In this document: positions 31,185 through 40,391 of the stretch, one piece after another
Position numbering within the stretch: the first letter of the stretch is position 1
Layout of the letters: every line of letters begins with the position of its first letter
Assembly: GCA_023539445.1 (NCBI GenBank)
Contig: JAKCEW010000003.1
Span: forward strand, 71,808-135,807
DNA: 64,000 bases
Direction: 5' to 3'
From: Candidatus Terraquivivens yellowstonensis
GTDB taxonomy: Archaea > Thermoproteota > Nitrososphaeria_A > Caldarchaeales > Wolframiiraptoraceae
Made by a program: the position numbers and the translations under genes
Notes under the pieces: generated by a model
What the model saw: only the letters and a program-made list of their open reading frames with translations
Database searches by the model: none
What the model was told of the DNA's origin: nothing

Positions 31185-31451
31185 TTATACCACTAAAGCT
31201 TCAGCCATACTGACAGACCCTTTACCGGCACCCACCACGCATATATTTCGAATCCTTGAGAGGTCTTACTTTAAACGGCCGACATTCAACGTCTGACCTT
31301 TAATAAAAACAATTCTCCTGACGAGTTCATAGGAGTTCACGGCCTTGATGGCATACTCAATTATATCCAGCGCAATCCTCCTTCCTTCCACATTACCATG
31401 GGAAAGTAATGCCTGCTTGTTCTTAATAACAGATTGACTTTGCCACTGCAT
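31185..31451 (-). pseudogene. Remnant of a glycerate 2-kinase (DUF4147/MOFRL family) gene: N-terminal ~88 codons only, with an in-frame TAA
   Basis: The 61-aa ORF ...RRIALDIIEYAIKAVNSYELVRRIV...NVGRLK continues in the same frame after TAA (31266..31268) as DLSRIRNICVVGAGKGSVSMAEALVV. It then stops at 31185, 14 nt before nadK. The pattern R.iA..I...ai.Av.....V......vvG.GK....MA.A matches the N-terminus of ~420-aa glycerate kinases. Confidence 0.6.
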
Positions 31452-31487
31452 CTTTAAAGACGTTTAGAAATTTCGTGATCGATGCTC

Positions 31488-31949
31488 TTACTTAATCTTT
31501 GCTGGTAAGGACAGGTTTCTGTCGGATACGACCGATGGATGGTGGGGATCGACCATTATAACTTCGTACCATTTGTAAAGGCCGTCGCTCGCTACCCAGT
31601 AGGCTCCGAGCGGGTAGAGGTTCGGATACTTCTTCCTAGCTCTGTTTATGGCCTCTTCTTTCATGGATACGTTGACTTTGTGCTTCACGACACCGAGTGC
31701 CTTCGGCCTTCTGCCGGACCTCGGCCTCGGTCTTGCGAAGCCTCCCTTTCTTACCCTAACCCTTAAGACCACATAGCCTTGCTTGTCCCTATAGCCGAGA
31801 CTCCTCGCCCTGTCAAGTCTCAAAGGTTTATCGATTCTCATGACCGCGGGCTGCCTGCGCCACTCTATCAGCCTCTTTCTCATGAGCTGCTTTAGCTCTT
31901 CTGGTTTCTCCCTCCAAAGTTTTGAAAGGTGCGCGTACAAGCCCGTCAT
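31488..31949 (-). CDS. rpl15e: 50S ribosomal protein L15e
   Basis: LIEWRRQPAVMRIDKPLRLDRARSLGYRDKQGYVVLRVRVRKGG, YWVASDGLYKWYEVIMVDPHHP. The start is probably the internal Met (MTGLYAHLSKLW) at 31949, not 31988. It ends shortly after the DPHHP block. Confidence 0.9.
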   Translation of the reverse strand: MTGLYAHLSKLWREKPEELKQLMRKRLIEWRRQPAVMRIDKPLRLDRARSLGYRDKQGYVVLRVRVRKGGFARPRPRSGRRPKALGVVKHKVNVSMKEEAINRARKKYPNLYPLGAYWVASDGLYKWYEVIMVDPHHPSVVSDRNLSLPAKIK

Positions 31950-32031
31950 GCCGGTACCCAACCGTTTGTAGGTCTGGTAGTGTTCCATTTAATAAGCTTA
32001 TCAGTAGCTTCTACCATCACATAATCCGGTT

Positions 32032-32445
32032 ATGAGGGTTTTAGGCGTAACCGCTAGGGTCTTATGCCACGCCACAGAAGACGAGAAAAAGGTACTAAGA
32101 GCTCTCGAGAACGTTTTGGGTAGCATAGAAGGAGGGAGGCTTAAGAGGGAGCAGCTGGTCGGCCATTATGGAGACCCCATAATCCTGCTAACTTTAGAGT
32201 TAAGCGATGAGGAGAGGGCCAAAGCCGTGCTGGAGAAATTGAAGAAAGGCTTGAGCGTCGTCGAGAAGTTAACGCTGGTCTCCGAGGCGTTCGAAGAAAA
32301 AGGTCAGGAGGGCATACTCTACGTAAGGCTTGATAAGCAGAGCGCATACCTTGGAAACTTGAAGCTCTCGGAGAGAGATTCCATAAAGCTCGAGTTTAGA
32401 ATTGCTGGGAGTTTAAACGATTTGAAGTATGAGATGGGTGTGTAG
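32032..32445 (+). CDS. Small archaeal RNA-binding-type protein (PF01877/COG1931-like)
   Basis: N-terminal ARVLCHATEDEKKVLRALENV motif. Its position between rpl15e and the RNase P subunit genes matches the archaeal exosome/RNase P superoperon. Confidence 0.55.
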   Translation: MRVLGVTARVLCHATEDEKKVLRALENVLGSIEGGRLKREQLVGHYGDPIILLTLELSDEERAKAVLEKLKKGLSVVEKLTLVSEAFEEKGQEGILYVRLDKQSAYLGNLKLSERDSIKLEFRIAGSLNDLKYEMGV

Positions 32446-32447
32446 CG

Positions 32448-33125
32448 GTGGGTAGTAGGACCTTCGTCGACTTTTGGATAAGGCCCCCCGATGTTACCAT
32501 TGCAAAGGAGATGTGTAAAAGGGCATCCGAATTGGGATATTCAGCGCTTGTCGTCGAGGCACCCAAATCCATGCTCGATGAGCTAAAGGGGATCGCCAAG
32601 GAATACGGTTTAGAGCTTTACAGCAAAGCCGTCATATCCGCTAAGACTAGGAGCGATGTGCTTAAGATGGTAACAAAACTTAGGCACTCTTACGACGCGA
32701 TTGCTGTGCATTGTTTGACAAGGGATGCTGCTTTGGTGGCCTTAAGGGATGGAAGGGTTGATACTGTTGTGTTCAGGGCAAACGGTTTCATGACAATCGA
32801 TAAGCACATGTTATCCGTAACGCGGAACTCCATAGAGCTCACACTCATAGATGCCATTTCTGATAGAGTGGCGCTCCAAAAGATGAGGGGCATTGTACGG
32901 TTGATCGATGCAAAAGGTCTAAGCGTCATTTTCTCCTCCTGCGCCTCCAATCCTGTGGAACAGAGGGGGCCGTTCGAGACCTCATGCATAATCAACGCAT
33001 TTGGCCTCAACTTCGAGCGCTCGCTCGATGCAATCTCGACCGTACCGCTGAACATACTGCTTAGAAACAGAGCCAAGCTATCCGGCGAGATTGTGCAGGA
33101 GGGTGTGTGGCTTGTTAAGGGCTAG
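32448..33125 (+). CDS. rnp3: RNase P protein component 3 (Rpp30)
   Basis: 225 aa with GTG start. TIM-barrel-like Rpp30 pattern and conserved neighbourhood directly upstream of Pop5. Confidence 0.7.
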   Translation: MGSRTFVDFWIRPPDVTIAKEMCKRASELGYSALVVEAPKSMLDELKGIAKEYGLELYSKAVISAKTRSDVLKMVTKLRHSYDAIAVHCLTRDAALVALRDGRVDTVVFRANGFMTIDKHMLSVTRNSIELTLIDAISDRVALQKMRGIVRLIDAKGLSVIFSSCASNPVEQRGPFETSCIINAFGLNFERSLDAISTVPLNILLRNRAKLSGEIVQEGVWLVKG

Positions 33126-33432
33126 GTACCGCTACGTTTTCGTAAAACCCTTTCCGGGAGATGTTAGACTTGATAAACTTGAAATATGGAAGGCCGTACA
33201 ATCGAGTCTTCAGTATCTTGTCGGCGCTTTGGGCTATGCGGATGTCAATCCGTATCTGGTCAGGGTTCAGAAGGATTTGGACGGCCTTGTGATGAGATGC
33301 AATTCAAAGCACATTAGAACGTTTGTAGCGGCCATCGCCCTCGTCAATAATGTCGGAGGGGAGCGCGTAGCTTTGGATATTAAAAAGGTATCGGGCACGT
33401 TAAAAGCGTTGCTTAGAAAATTAAAATGCTAA
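33091..33432 (+). CDS. rnp2: RNase P protein component 2 (Pop5)
   Basis: RYRYVFVK near the N-terminus, GLVMRCN, VSGTLKAL near the C-terminus. The exact start is uncertain (TTG 33091, GTG 33103 or TTG 33112). Confidence 0.7.
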   Translation: MCRRVCGLLRARYRYVFVKPFPGDVRLDKLEIWKAVQSSLQYLVGALGYADVNPYLVRVQKDLDGLVMRCNSKHIRTFVAAIALVNNVGGERVALDIKKVSGTLKALLRKLKC

Positions 33433-33460
33433 ATACGGCTCGCCTAATTTTATACATAGG

Positions 33461-33910
33461 ATGAGGATAGCAGTAGGAAGCGATGAGAGGACTAAGCTGA
33501 CAGACTTCGTTATCGAGGAGCTGAAAAGGAGGGGACATACCGTCAAGCTTTACGGCGCCCTTGTCAGGGACGTAGCTCCATGGCCAGACGTGGCACTCGA
33601 AGTTGCCGAGAGCATCTTAAAGAAAGAGGCGGACGAGGGGATATTATTCTGTTGGACCGGTACCGGTGTAACGATAGCGGCCAACAAGGTTCCAGGCATA
33701 AGGGCAGCCCTTTGTAGCAGTGGAGAAATAGCCAAGGGTGCGAGGAAGTGGAATAAGCCCAACATTCTAGTGATGAGCCTTTCTGAGACGACCGAGGAGA
33801 AGGCAAAGGAGATACTGGATGCGTGGTTCTCAACAGACTTCGACCCCTCCGAAGAGGAGAACATAAAGAGGTTGGAGGAGATAGAGAGGAGGTTTCTAAG
33901 AAAAGAATGA
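33461..33910 (+). CDS. rpiB: Ribose-5-phosphate isomerase B (RpiB/LacAB family)
   Basis: MRIAVGSDE.., active-site segment FCWTGTGVTIAANK. 149 aa. Confidence 0.85.
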   Translation: MRIAVGSDERTKLTDFVIEELKRRGHTVKLYGALVRDVAPWPDVALEVAESILKKEADEGILFCWTGTGVTIAANKVPGIRAALCSSGEIAKGARKWNKPNILVMSLSETTEEKAKEILDAWFSTDFDPSEEENIKRLEEIERRFLRKE

Positions 33911-33912
33911 AG

Positions 33913-34887
33913 CTATCTCAGCCCGCTTAGCATAGAATTGACGCAGTATCTTGGAAACTCCATCAGCATAGATTTGTAGCGGGAGTCCGGTATCGCTGGA
34001 TTGGAGATTAGTTCTTTTGCCCTAGTTATGTAATCATTTATTTCCTTTACGAATATGTCGCTTCTTCTTATGTCGAATAGGGATTTTGGTATGATTGCGC
34101 GAAGGTTACCAGTCTTGGTCGCTATATAAAACTGCTTTATCATATCCTCGAATTGCCTGAGTACGAAGATTGGAAAGTTCAAGCGTCTTCTGTCGCTCAA
34201 TATATCAACATAGTCGTCAGCAAGCTGGTATGCCATACCAACCGTCTCGCCATACTCTCTCATCAGCTCTCTTACCTTCCCATCAGCGTGCGCAAGCACA
34301 GCAGCGCTCTCGGTTGCCGCCGCGAAGAGCGAGGCAGTCTTCTCTTTGACTATCCTTGTATAGAGCTTCTTGGAGAATTCTTCTCCCGAAAATATCTCTT
34401 CCAGAATCCCTGTTGAGGCATCGTCCCATGCCTTTAAAAATATTCTAGCAAGCTCGACTCCCTTCTCGAGCACTGTCTGGAACGCGAGGTTAATAATCCT
34501 GTGCCCTTGTATGATAGCATTCGCCACACCTATCCGCCTCCAAAGCGCTGGCCTACCCCTTCTCTCCATATCGCCGTCGATTATATCATCATGAATCAAG
34601 CTCGCATTATGCGCAAGCTCTAAGGCACAGGCAACCTCAAGCGCCGCATCCCTATCTTTACCCCCAAGGGCATCGTAGGCGAGTAGAAGCAGTATAGACC
34701 TTAATCTCTTACCACCGGATAATGCGTTTTTTATGATCGCCCTATCGCTCCTGCTCTTAATCTTCTCTGAGAGCTTTTCATCTATCTCTGCCCTCGCTAA
34801 CTTCACGTACTCGATTAGATCAGCCCATGCCAAGGAGGTCAAATTTTTGCGACCAGCCTTCTTTCTATCCCGGCTATTGTAAGGCAC
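33913..34887 (-). CDS. trans-Prenyl diphosphate synthase (chain length uncertain)
   Basis: FARM LIHDDIID followed by ERRGRP; SARM QLADDYVD. Confidence 0.85.
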   Translation of the reverse strand: MPYNSRDRKKAGRKNLTSLAWADLIEYVKLARAEIDEKLSEKIKSRSDRAIIKNALSGGKRLRSILLLLAYDALGGKDRDAALEVACALELAHNASLIHDDIIDGDMERRGRPALWRRIGVANAIIQGHRIINLAFQTVLEKGVELARIFLKAWDDASTGILEEIFSGEEFSKKLYTRIVKEKTASLFAAATESAAVLAHADGKVRELMREYGETVGMAYQLADDYVDILSDRRRLNFPIFVLRQFEDMIKQFYIATKTGNLRAIIPKSLFDIRRSDIFVKEINDYITRAKELISNPAIPDSRYKSMLMEFPRYCVNSMLSGLR

Positions 34888-34942
34888 AAGCTTCTTATTA
34901 AAGCGTATTTTGTGAATTGTCGTCTTTCTGGCAGATATTGTT

Positions 34943-35359
34943 TTAAAGGTAACTGTTCAGCCTCGCTTCTATCTGCCTTTTCGGCATCGCGCCGATTATC
35001 CTATCAACCGGCTGCCCATTCTTAAAAACTATCAGGGTCGGTATGCCCATTATCCCGAACTTTGCCGTGGTCATTGGATTCTCATCCACGTTGAGCTTCC
35101 CAAAAACTATCTTCCCGGCATATTCCTTCGCAAGTTCTTCAATGACCGGTGCGAGCATCCTGCAAGGCATACACCATTCTGCCCAAAAGTCTACGACCAC
35201 CAGCTTGTTGCTCGAGACGAAGTCGTCAAAGTTTTCGTCGGTAAGTGTAACAGGCTCAGAAGGAGCGTGCGTTACAGAACCGCTCCCTACTCCTGACGTC
35301 TTCTTCATAAGCTCGGCAAGTTTACGCTGCTTTATTTTTTCCAATTCATCGTCTTGCAT
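34943..35359 (-). CDS. trxA: Thioredoxin
   Basis: VVDFWAEWCMPC active site and thioredoxin fold length, with an N-terminal ~30-aa extension. Confidence 0.85.
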   Translation of the reverse strand: MQDDELEKIKQRKLAELMKKTSGVGSGSVTHAPSEPVTLTDENFDDFVSSNKLVVVDFWAEWCMPCRMLAPVIEELAKEYAGKIVFGKLNVDENPMTTAKFGIMGIPTLIVFKNGQPVDRIIGAMPKRQIEARLNSYL

Positions 35360-35396
35360 GACGCGTTGATGTAAAACATCCCCATTAATAAACCGT

Positions 35397-36392
35397 TTAT
35401 TCGTACTGCTCCGACGTTTTATACGCGCCTATTTCGGATGGATATGTCTTGAAAATCGCTTCCGCTTCATATCCGAGTTCTTTTAAGCGGTCTAAAACGT
35501 ATCCCAAGGCCTCGTCTATTACCTGAGAATGCCGCGATATGCTGTACCACAAGATCCTTGACGGGCCGGCACCGCTTATCGTCTCTGCGATGCCGTACTT
35601 TTTGAATAGGTATAACTTCTCCTCCTCCAAAAACTTCCAGTCTATACCGCTTCCGTACACTTGAGAGTCTGCTCTAGACCTCTCAACGACGGTATCCCAT
35701 GCTATATTTCTCAGGATACAATCCACGTCACCCGTGACGAAGCCTACAGATACCGCAGCAACCCTAGAAACGTTCCCAACCATATCGCTCTTGTGGACGA
35801 AGTCGGGGACAGCCTTCCTTGCATCCCTCGTGGATTTCTTCTCGACGTTCGGAACTATGACGACGGTACCTAGGTCGGATGGTGGTCTGAAACTATAAAC
35901 GCGTGGCATACCGGTGATGTAATCCCTTACCACGATGTTAAACCCTCCGCATACCGAGGCAGAAACATTGTCCATATGCCCTTCTGGCTCACCATATGAT
36001 GCATAATGAACCATATCATCTTTTGAGAGGCCCAAAGATAACAACTCGTTCGCCGCTACAACAGCACCAGCAGCCTCCGCGCCGGATAGTCCGAGGCCTT
36101 TCTTCGGAGGTATGTCAACATACACTACCATCTCAAGCCCTTCATTGATGTCGTACTTGGCCATAAGTGCCCTGAGGGCCCTGCAACCGGAGTGGGTTTC
36201 TGGATCGGCATTGACAGATCCTCCATACTTGCCCTTGAGTAAAACCCTTATCCCATCGCCGTCGCTGAGCGACAGGCTCACCCTTAGGGACGGTTCCCTG
36301 AGCGCTATGGAAAGCACGTCGAAACCCGGCCCGAGGTTGGCAGAGCTAGAAGGGACCCATACGGTTACGGCGTTCCACCTTCTCATACGCAT
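35397..36392 (-). CDS. thrB: Homoserine kinase (GHMP kinase family)
   Basis: VPSSSANLGPGFDVLSIAL and the GHMP motif PPKKGLGLSGAEAAGAV. The ORF extends to 36452, but Met at 36392 or 36386 gives the canonical N-terminus. Confidence 0.75.
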   Translation of the reverse strand: MRMRRWNAVTVWVPSSSANLGPGFDVLSIALREPSLRVSLSLSDGDGIRVLLKGKYGGSVNADPETHSGCRALRALMAKYDINEGLEMVVYVDIPPKKGLGLSGAEAAGAVVAANELLSLGLSKDDMVHYASYGEPEGHMDNVSASVCGGFNIVVRDYITGMPRVYSFRPPSDLGTVVIVPNVEKKSTRDARKAVPDFVHKSDMVGNVSRVAAVSVGFVTGDVDCILRNIAWDTVVERSRADSQVYGSGIDWKFLEEEKLYLFKKYGIAETISGAGPSRILWYSISRHSQVIDEALGYVLDRLKELGYEAEAIFKTYPSEIGAYKTSEQYE

Positions 36393-36623
36393 GCATAACA
36401 GCTTATGGGCAGTATCTAAGCATAACCGTGAGGCCGTCTCCGAATATGACAAAAATGTGCATTCAGGAGGGGGTGTTTGAATTATTCCGGGTTAGAAAGT
36501 TGCTTTTTGAGACGTATCCTCGGTTTTACGTTGAGCATTTTTGTGCACCAATTATTAAATACAATCGATTTTTGTAAAAACCCCAAGGTTGTGGGGCATG
36601 TGCCTTTGGCAGTAACCAAGAAT

Positions 36624-37975
36624 ATGAATGCCCGAAGTTTAAGGACGTATACACAGAATTATCACCGATTGAAGTCTTCATAAACCTGAGCGAGCATTAC
36701 GAGTACGCATATCTCATAGAGTTTGCAAATTCAAAAAGCAGAGTTGCTCGGCATTGCTTAGTAGGCTTTGACCCTCTGAAGACCATCGTATTCAAGGATA
36801 GCGAGTGTATCGTTAAGTCGCCTGATGGGGTATTACGTAAAAGAACGTTTGAACCCTTGCAAAGCCTGAGAGAGTTTGCGAGTCCGATACGCCGCGACAG
36901 AATGCGGTTAGGTTTTGCTGGCGGTGCTGTTGGTTACGTGTCCTATGATTTGGTTAGATACTTAGAAAGGTTGCCTCGGAGAAGTATTGACGATCATGGA
37001 TTTCCAGATATGGAATTTGGAGTATATTACGATGGGCTGTTGTTCGATGGAAAGAACGGAAAGGTATGCTACTACTATCTTGGAAAGGATAGACTTGACG
37101 ATGTTATGCATTTACTCGTAAAAAGACCCGACCGACAATTCTTTTCGCATACAGAGCTTAGGCCCAATGTCAGAAAGGAAGAATTCATGTCCATGGTAGA
37201 GGTTACTAAAGAATACATAGCCGCTGGCGATGTGTTCCAAGTTGTCTTATCAAAAAAATACAGTTTTAATGTTGAAGGAAACGTTGTAGCGTTTTATTCA
37301 GCACTGCGCAATCTCAATCCCTCTCCGTACATGTACATCCTAAAGATGGGGAAGAGGTACATCGTCGGCTCCAGTCCAGAGGCGCTCTTCAGGTTACATG
37401 ACGGTTTTGTCGAAACGATGCCCATCGCTGGTACGAGACCGCGTGGAAATGATAGGAAGTTGAGAAAAGATTTGCTTAGTGATCCGAAAGAACTTTCAGA
37501 ACACATGATGCTCGTCGACCTTGCAAGGAACGATCTGGGCAAGATTTCAAAGTTTGGTAGCGTACGGGTCTTGGAGTTGAAGAAGGTCTACAAGTACAGT
37601 CATGTGCTCCATATGGTTTCAAGGGTCGTTGGTGAGCTTAGGGAGGGTTACGATTGTTACGATGCGCTCAGAGCCGTGTTTCCAGCAGGCACAGTAACGG
37701 GGGCACCAAAGGTGAGGGCCATGGAAATCATAGAAGAGTTAGAACCTACGAGAAGAGGACCTTATGCTGGCGCAGTCGGTTACGTATCCTTTAACGGCGA
37801 TTCCAACTTTGCAATAACAATCAGGACGATGTTCGTTAACGATGGTAGGGCCTACATTCAAGCAGGCGCAGGCATAGTTGCGGACTCGAATCCAGAAAAA
37901 GAATGGATGGAGACTGAGCATAAACTTGCCCCACTTGTGGAGGCGTTAAAAATATCCAGCGGTGAGAAGTTATGA
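36624..37975 (+). CDS. trpE: Anthranilate synthase component I; the 5' end is anomalous (see findings)
   Basis: GSSPEALFR, PIAGTRPRG, LMLVDLARNDLGK, GAPKVRAMEIIEELE, RGPYAGAVGY. The listed ORF begins at TTG 36857. The same frame is open from 36578 and encodes a TrpE-like N-terminus (LSPIEVF..YLIEF..VGFDP). The nearest ATG (36624) is one frame off. Confidence 0.85.
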
Positions 37976-38553
37976 AGGTCCTTATCATAGACAACTACGA
38001 CTCTTTCGTTTACAACTTAGTCCAGTACGTCGGCGAATTGGGTGGAAACCCCATCGTGTACAGAAACGATGAAATAACTTTAGAGCACGTTAGGATTCTG
38101 GAACCTGATAGGATAATCATATCACCAGGCCCTGGATGTCCCCAAGACCCAAAGTACATCGGTTCATGTATTGATATAATCAGAGAACTAGGTCCCAAGA
38201 TACCTATACTAGGCGTTTGCTTAGGACATCAGAGCATAATCTACGCTTTCGGCGGTAAGATTGTAAAGGCAAAAAGGCTCATGCATGGAAAGACCAGCCT
38301 TATCAAGCACGATGGTACGGGTCTTTTCAGAAACGTTAAGAATCCTTTAAGGGTCGCTCGATATCACTCTCTCTGCGGAGATAGAGAATCTCTACCCTCA
38401 TGCCTCGTAATTACGGCTGAATCGATCGAGGACCATGAAATCATGGGCGTTCGTCATGTAGAGTATCCCATAGAGGGCGTACAGTTCCATCCAGAATCCG
38501 TGATGAGCGAGGAAGGGAAAAAGATTCTGAAGAATTTCTTGGAGGGTTTTTGA
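37972..38553 (+). CDS. trpG: Anthranilate synthase component II (glutamine amidotransferase)
   Basis: GVCLGHQ nucleophile elbow, GVQFHPES. ATGA overlap with trpE. Confidence 0.9.
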   Translation: MKVLIIDNYDSFVYNLVQYVGELGGNPIVYRNDEITLEHVRILEPDRIIISPGPGCPQDPKYIGSCIDIIRELGPKIPILGVCLGHQSIIYAFGGKIVKAKRLMHGKTSLIKHDGTGLFRNVKNPLRVARYHSLCGDRESLPSCLVITAESIEDHEIMGVRHVEYPIEGVQFHPESVMSEEGKKILKNFLEGF

Positions 38554-38554
38554 T

Positions 38555-39604
38555 ATGTTTACGGAAATTCTTAGAAAGCTTGTTGAAGGTTACGACTTAC
38601 GCTATGATGAAGCCGAGGGTGCTATGAGGAGCATAATGGATGGAAATGTTACTAATGCTCAGCTCGCAAGTTTCTTGACAGCTATCAGAATGAAAGGAGA
38701 GACCGTCACGGAGCTCACAGCATTCATAAAAGTTATGAAAGAATACTGTCGCAAGGTTAGACCTAAGATAAACGAGAGACTTGTAGACGTATGCGGAACC
38801 GGCGGTGACAGGATTAAAACATTCAACATAAGCACCGTCGCGGCTTTCGTTATCGCTGGGGCGGGCGTCAAGGTAGCAAAGCATGGAAATAGAGCGGTTT
38901 CCGGGAAATGCGGCAGCGCCGATTTGCTTGAAATGTTTGGCTTAAACCTTGAGCAAGATCCTAAATCGGTCGAAAGGGCTATCGAAGAGATCGGTATAGG
39001 TTTCATGTACGCCCCGCATTTCCATCCAGCTATGAGTAACGCTCAACAAGTAAGAAAGGAGATAGGTATAAGGACCGTATTCAACCTTATCGGGCCGCTT
39101 GCGAACCCGGCTGATGTGAAAGCACAGTTATTGGGTGTATGCGATGAGAGAGTCATGGATACGCTAATACGTGTCATGATGAACCTAGGATGCGAGGAGG
39201 CCTTTGTCGTACACGGTCTTAATGGTTTGGACGAGGTTTCGATAATTGGTAAAACGAAGGTCATTTGGTTAAGGAACAAAGATGTAAGGACGCTAGAGTT
39301 GATGCCAAAGGATTTTGGCGTCGAGTCCTGCAAACAGGAAGAGCTAGAAATCAGAACACGAGAAGAGGCAGCACAGGTAGCTTTCATGGTTCTGAATGGT
39401 GAGAATGGCCCTAAAAAAGATGCGGTCTTAGTCAATGCGGCTTTAGGCATAATATTGGGGGGACGGGCTGACGACTTTCTTGAAGGCATGGAGTTGGCGA
39501 GAGAATCCTTGGACAGCGGTAGGGCATACAAAAAGCTGAAGGATTTGATAAAACTCAACGGCGATCCGTCAAAACTTGAGAGGATGGAGGAGATTTATGG
39601 GTAA
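38555..39604 (+). CDS. trpD: Anthranilate phosphoribosyltransferase
   Basis: CGTGGDR, KHGNRAVSGKCGSADLLE. Confidence 0.9.
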   Translation: MFTEILRKLVEGYDLRYDEAEGAMRSIMDGNVTNAQLASFLTAIRMKGETVTELTAFIKVMKEYCRKVRPKINERLVDVCGTGGDRIKTFNISTVAAFVIAGAGVKVAKHGNRAVSGKCGSADLLEMFGLNLEQDPKSVERAIEEIGIGFMYAPHFHPAMSNAQQVRKEIGIRTVFNLIGPLANPADVKAQLLGVCDERVMDTLIRVMMNLGCEEAFVVHGLNGLDEVSIIGKTKVIWLRNKDVRTLELMPKDFGVESCKQEELEIRTREEAAQVAFMVLNGENGPKKDAVLVNAALGIILGGRADDFLEGMELARESLDSGRAYKKLKDLIKLNGDPSKLERMEEIYG

Positions 39605-40391
39605 TTTCCTTAAAGTCTTGGTCGAAAAGGCCATCGAGCGTGTAAAGAATGGTTATTATGATATACTCCCATCAATAACTTTTTCAAGAGCTCCGAGTTT
39701 AAAAGGCGCGATACTCTCTTGCAAAGCCATACCCATCATAGCTGAGCTGAAACAAGCATCACCGACTATGGGATGGCGTGTGTATGGGGATGTTAAAGCC
39801 ATAGTTAAGGCCATGGAGCATGGTGGAGCCGTAGGCATATCGGTTTTGACTGAGAAAGAGTTTTTTGATGGCTCGTTGGAGAAGTTAAGGGTCGTCAGAG
39901 AAACCGTCAGCATACCCATACTTATGAAGGATATAATCGTTAACGAGATACAATTGAGGGCAGCATCAAGGCTGGGAGCGAGTGCCGTCCTTCTAATCAA
40001 AAAGGTTTACGACCAAAGGATGTGTGGCGAAGATTTGGACGAGATGATAAAAATTGCTCACTCATTAGGTCTTGAGGTGCTTTTGGAGACGCATACTGAA
40101 GAAGAATTTCTTTCGGGTATGGATACGGAGGCGGACATGCTGGGAATAAACAATCGCGATTTGGAGACGCTAAGGGTCGACGTCGGTGTTTCCGAGCGCA
40201 TACTTAGTAACGTGAAGGCCAAACGTAAACCGGTCGTATGCGAGAGCGGTATAAGCAGTCCTGACCAAGTTATTCTTCTAAAAAATCTTGGAGCGGATGC
40301 GTTCTTGATTGGGACGTCCATAATGACATCAGTCGATATCGAGAGCAAGGTAAGGGAATTTGTGAGGGCCTATGACTTACGTCAAGGTTAA
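39597..40391 (+). CDS. trpC: Indole-3-glycerol phosphate synthase
   Basis: IAELKQASP, LTEKEFFDGS, INNRDL. ATG 39597 overlaps the trpD stop by 8 nt (the ORF track begins at 39576). Confidence 0.9.
   Translation: MGNFLKVLVEKAIERVKNGYYDILPSITFSRAPSLKGAILSCKAIPIIAELKQASPTMGWRVYGDVKAIVKAMEHGGAVGISVLTEKEFFDGSLEKLRVVRETVSIPILMKDIIVNEIQLRAASRLGASAVLLIKKVYDQRMCGEDLDEMIKIAHSLGLEVLLETHTEEEFLSGMDTEADMLGINNRDLETLRVDVGVSERILSNVKAKRKPVVCESGISSPDQVILLKNLGADAFLIGTSIMTSVDIESKVREFVRAYDLRQG

Noticed and set aside
34943-35359. Thioredoxin active site WCMPC instead of WCGPC.
   Set aside because: Variation at the two central residues is common among archaeal thioredoxin-fold proteins, so it is not informative on its own.
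36598-36615. Five-codon uORF ATG TGC CTT TGG CAG TAA (MCLWQ) with one Trp codon upstream of trpE, next to a small hairpin CCCCA-AGGTTG-TGGGG: a trp leader/attenuator?
   Set aside because: It has only a single Trp codon and no alternative terminator/antiterminator pairing that I could draw. Attenuation of this type is not established in archaea, so chance occurrence is more likely.
36477-36683. 68-aa ORF upstream of trpE.
   Set aside because: Its 3' half overlaps, out of frame, the region that encodes a TrpE-like N-terminus. Its sequence has no recognisable features. It matters only because it contains ATG 36624 (see the trpE finding).
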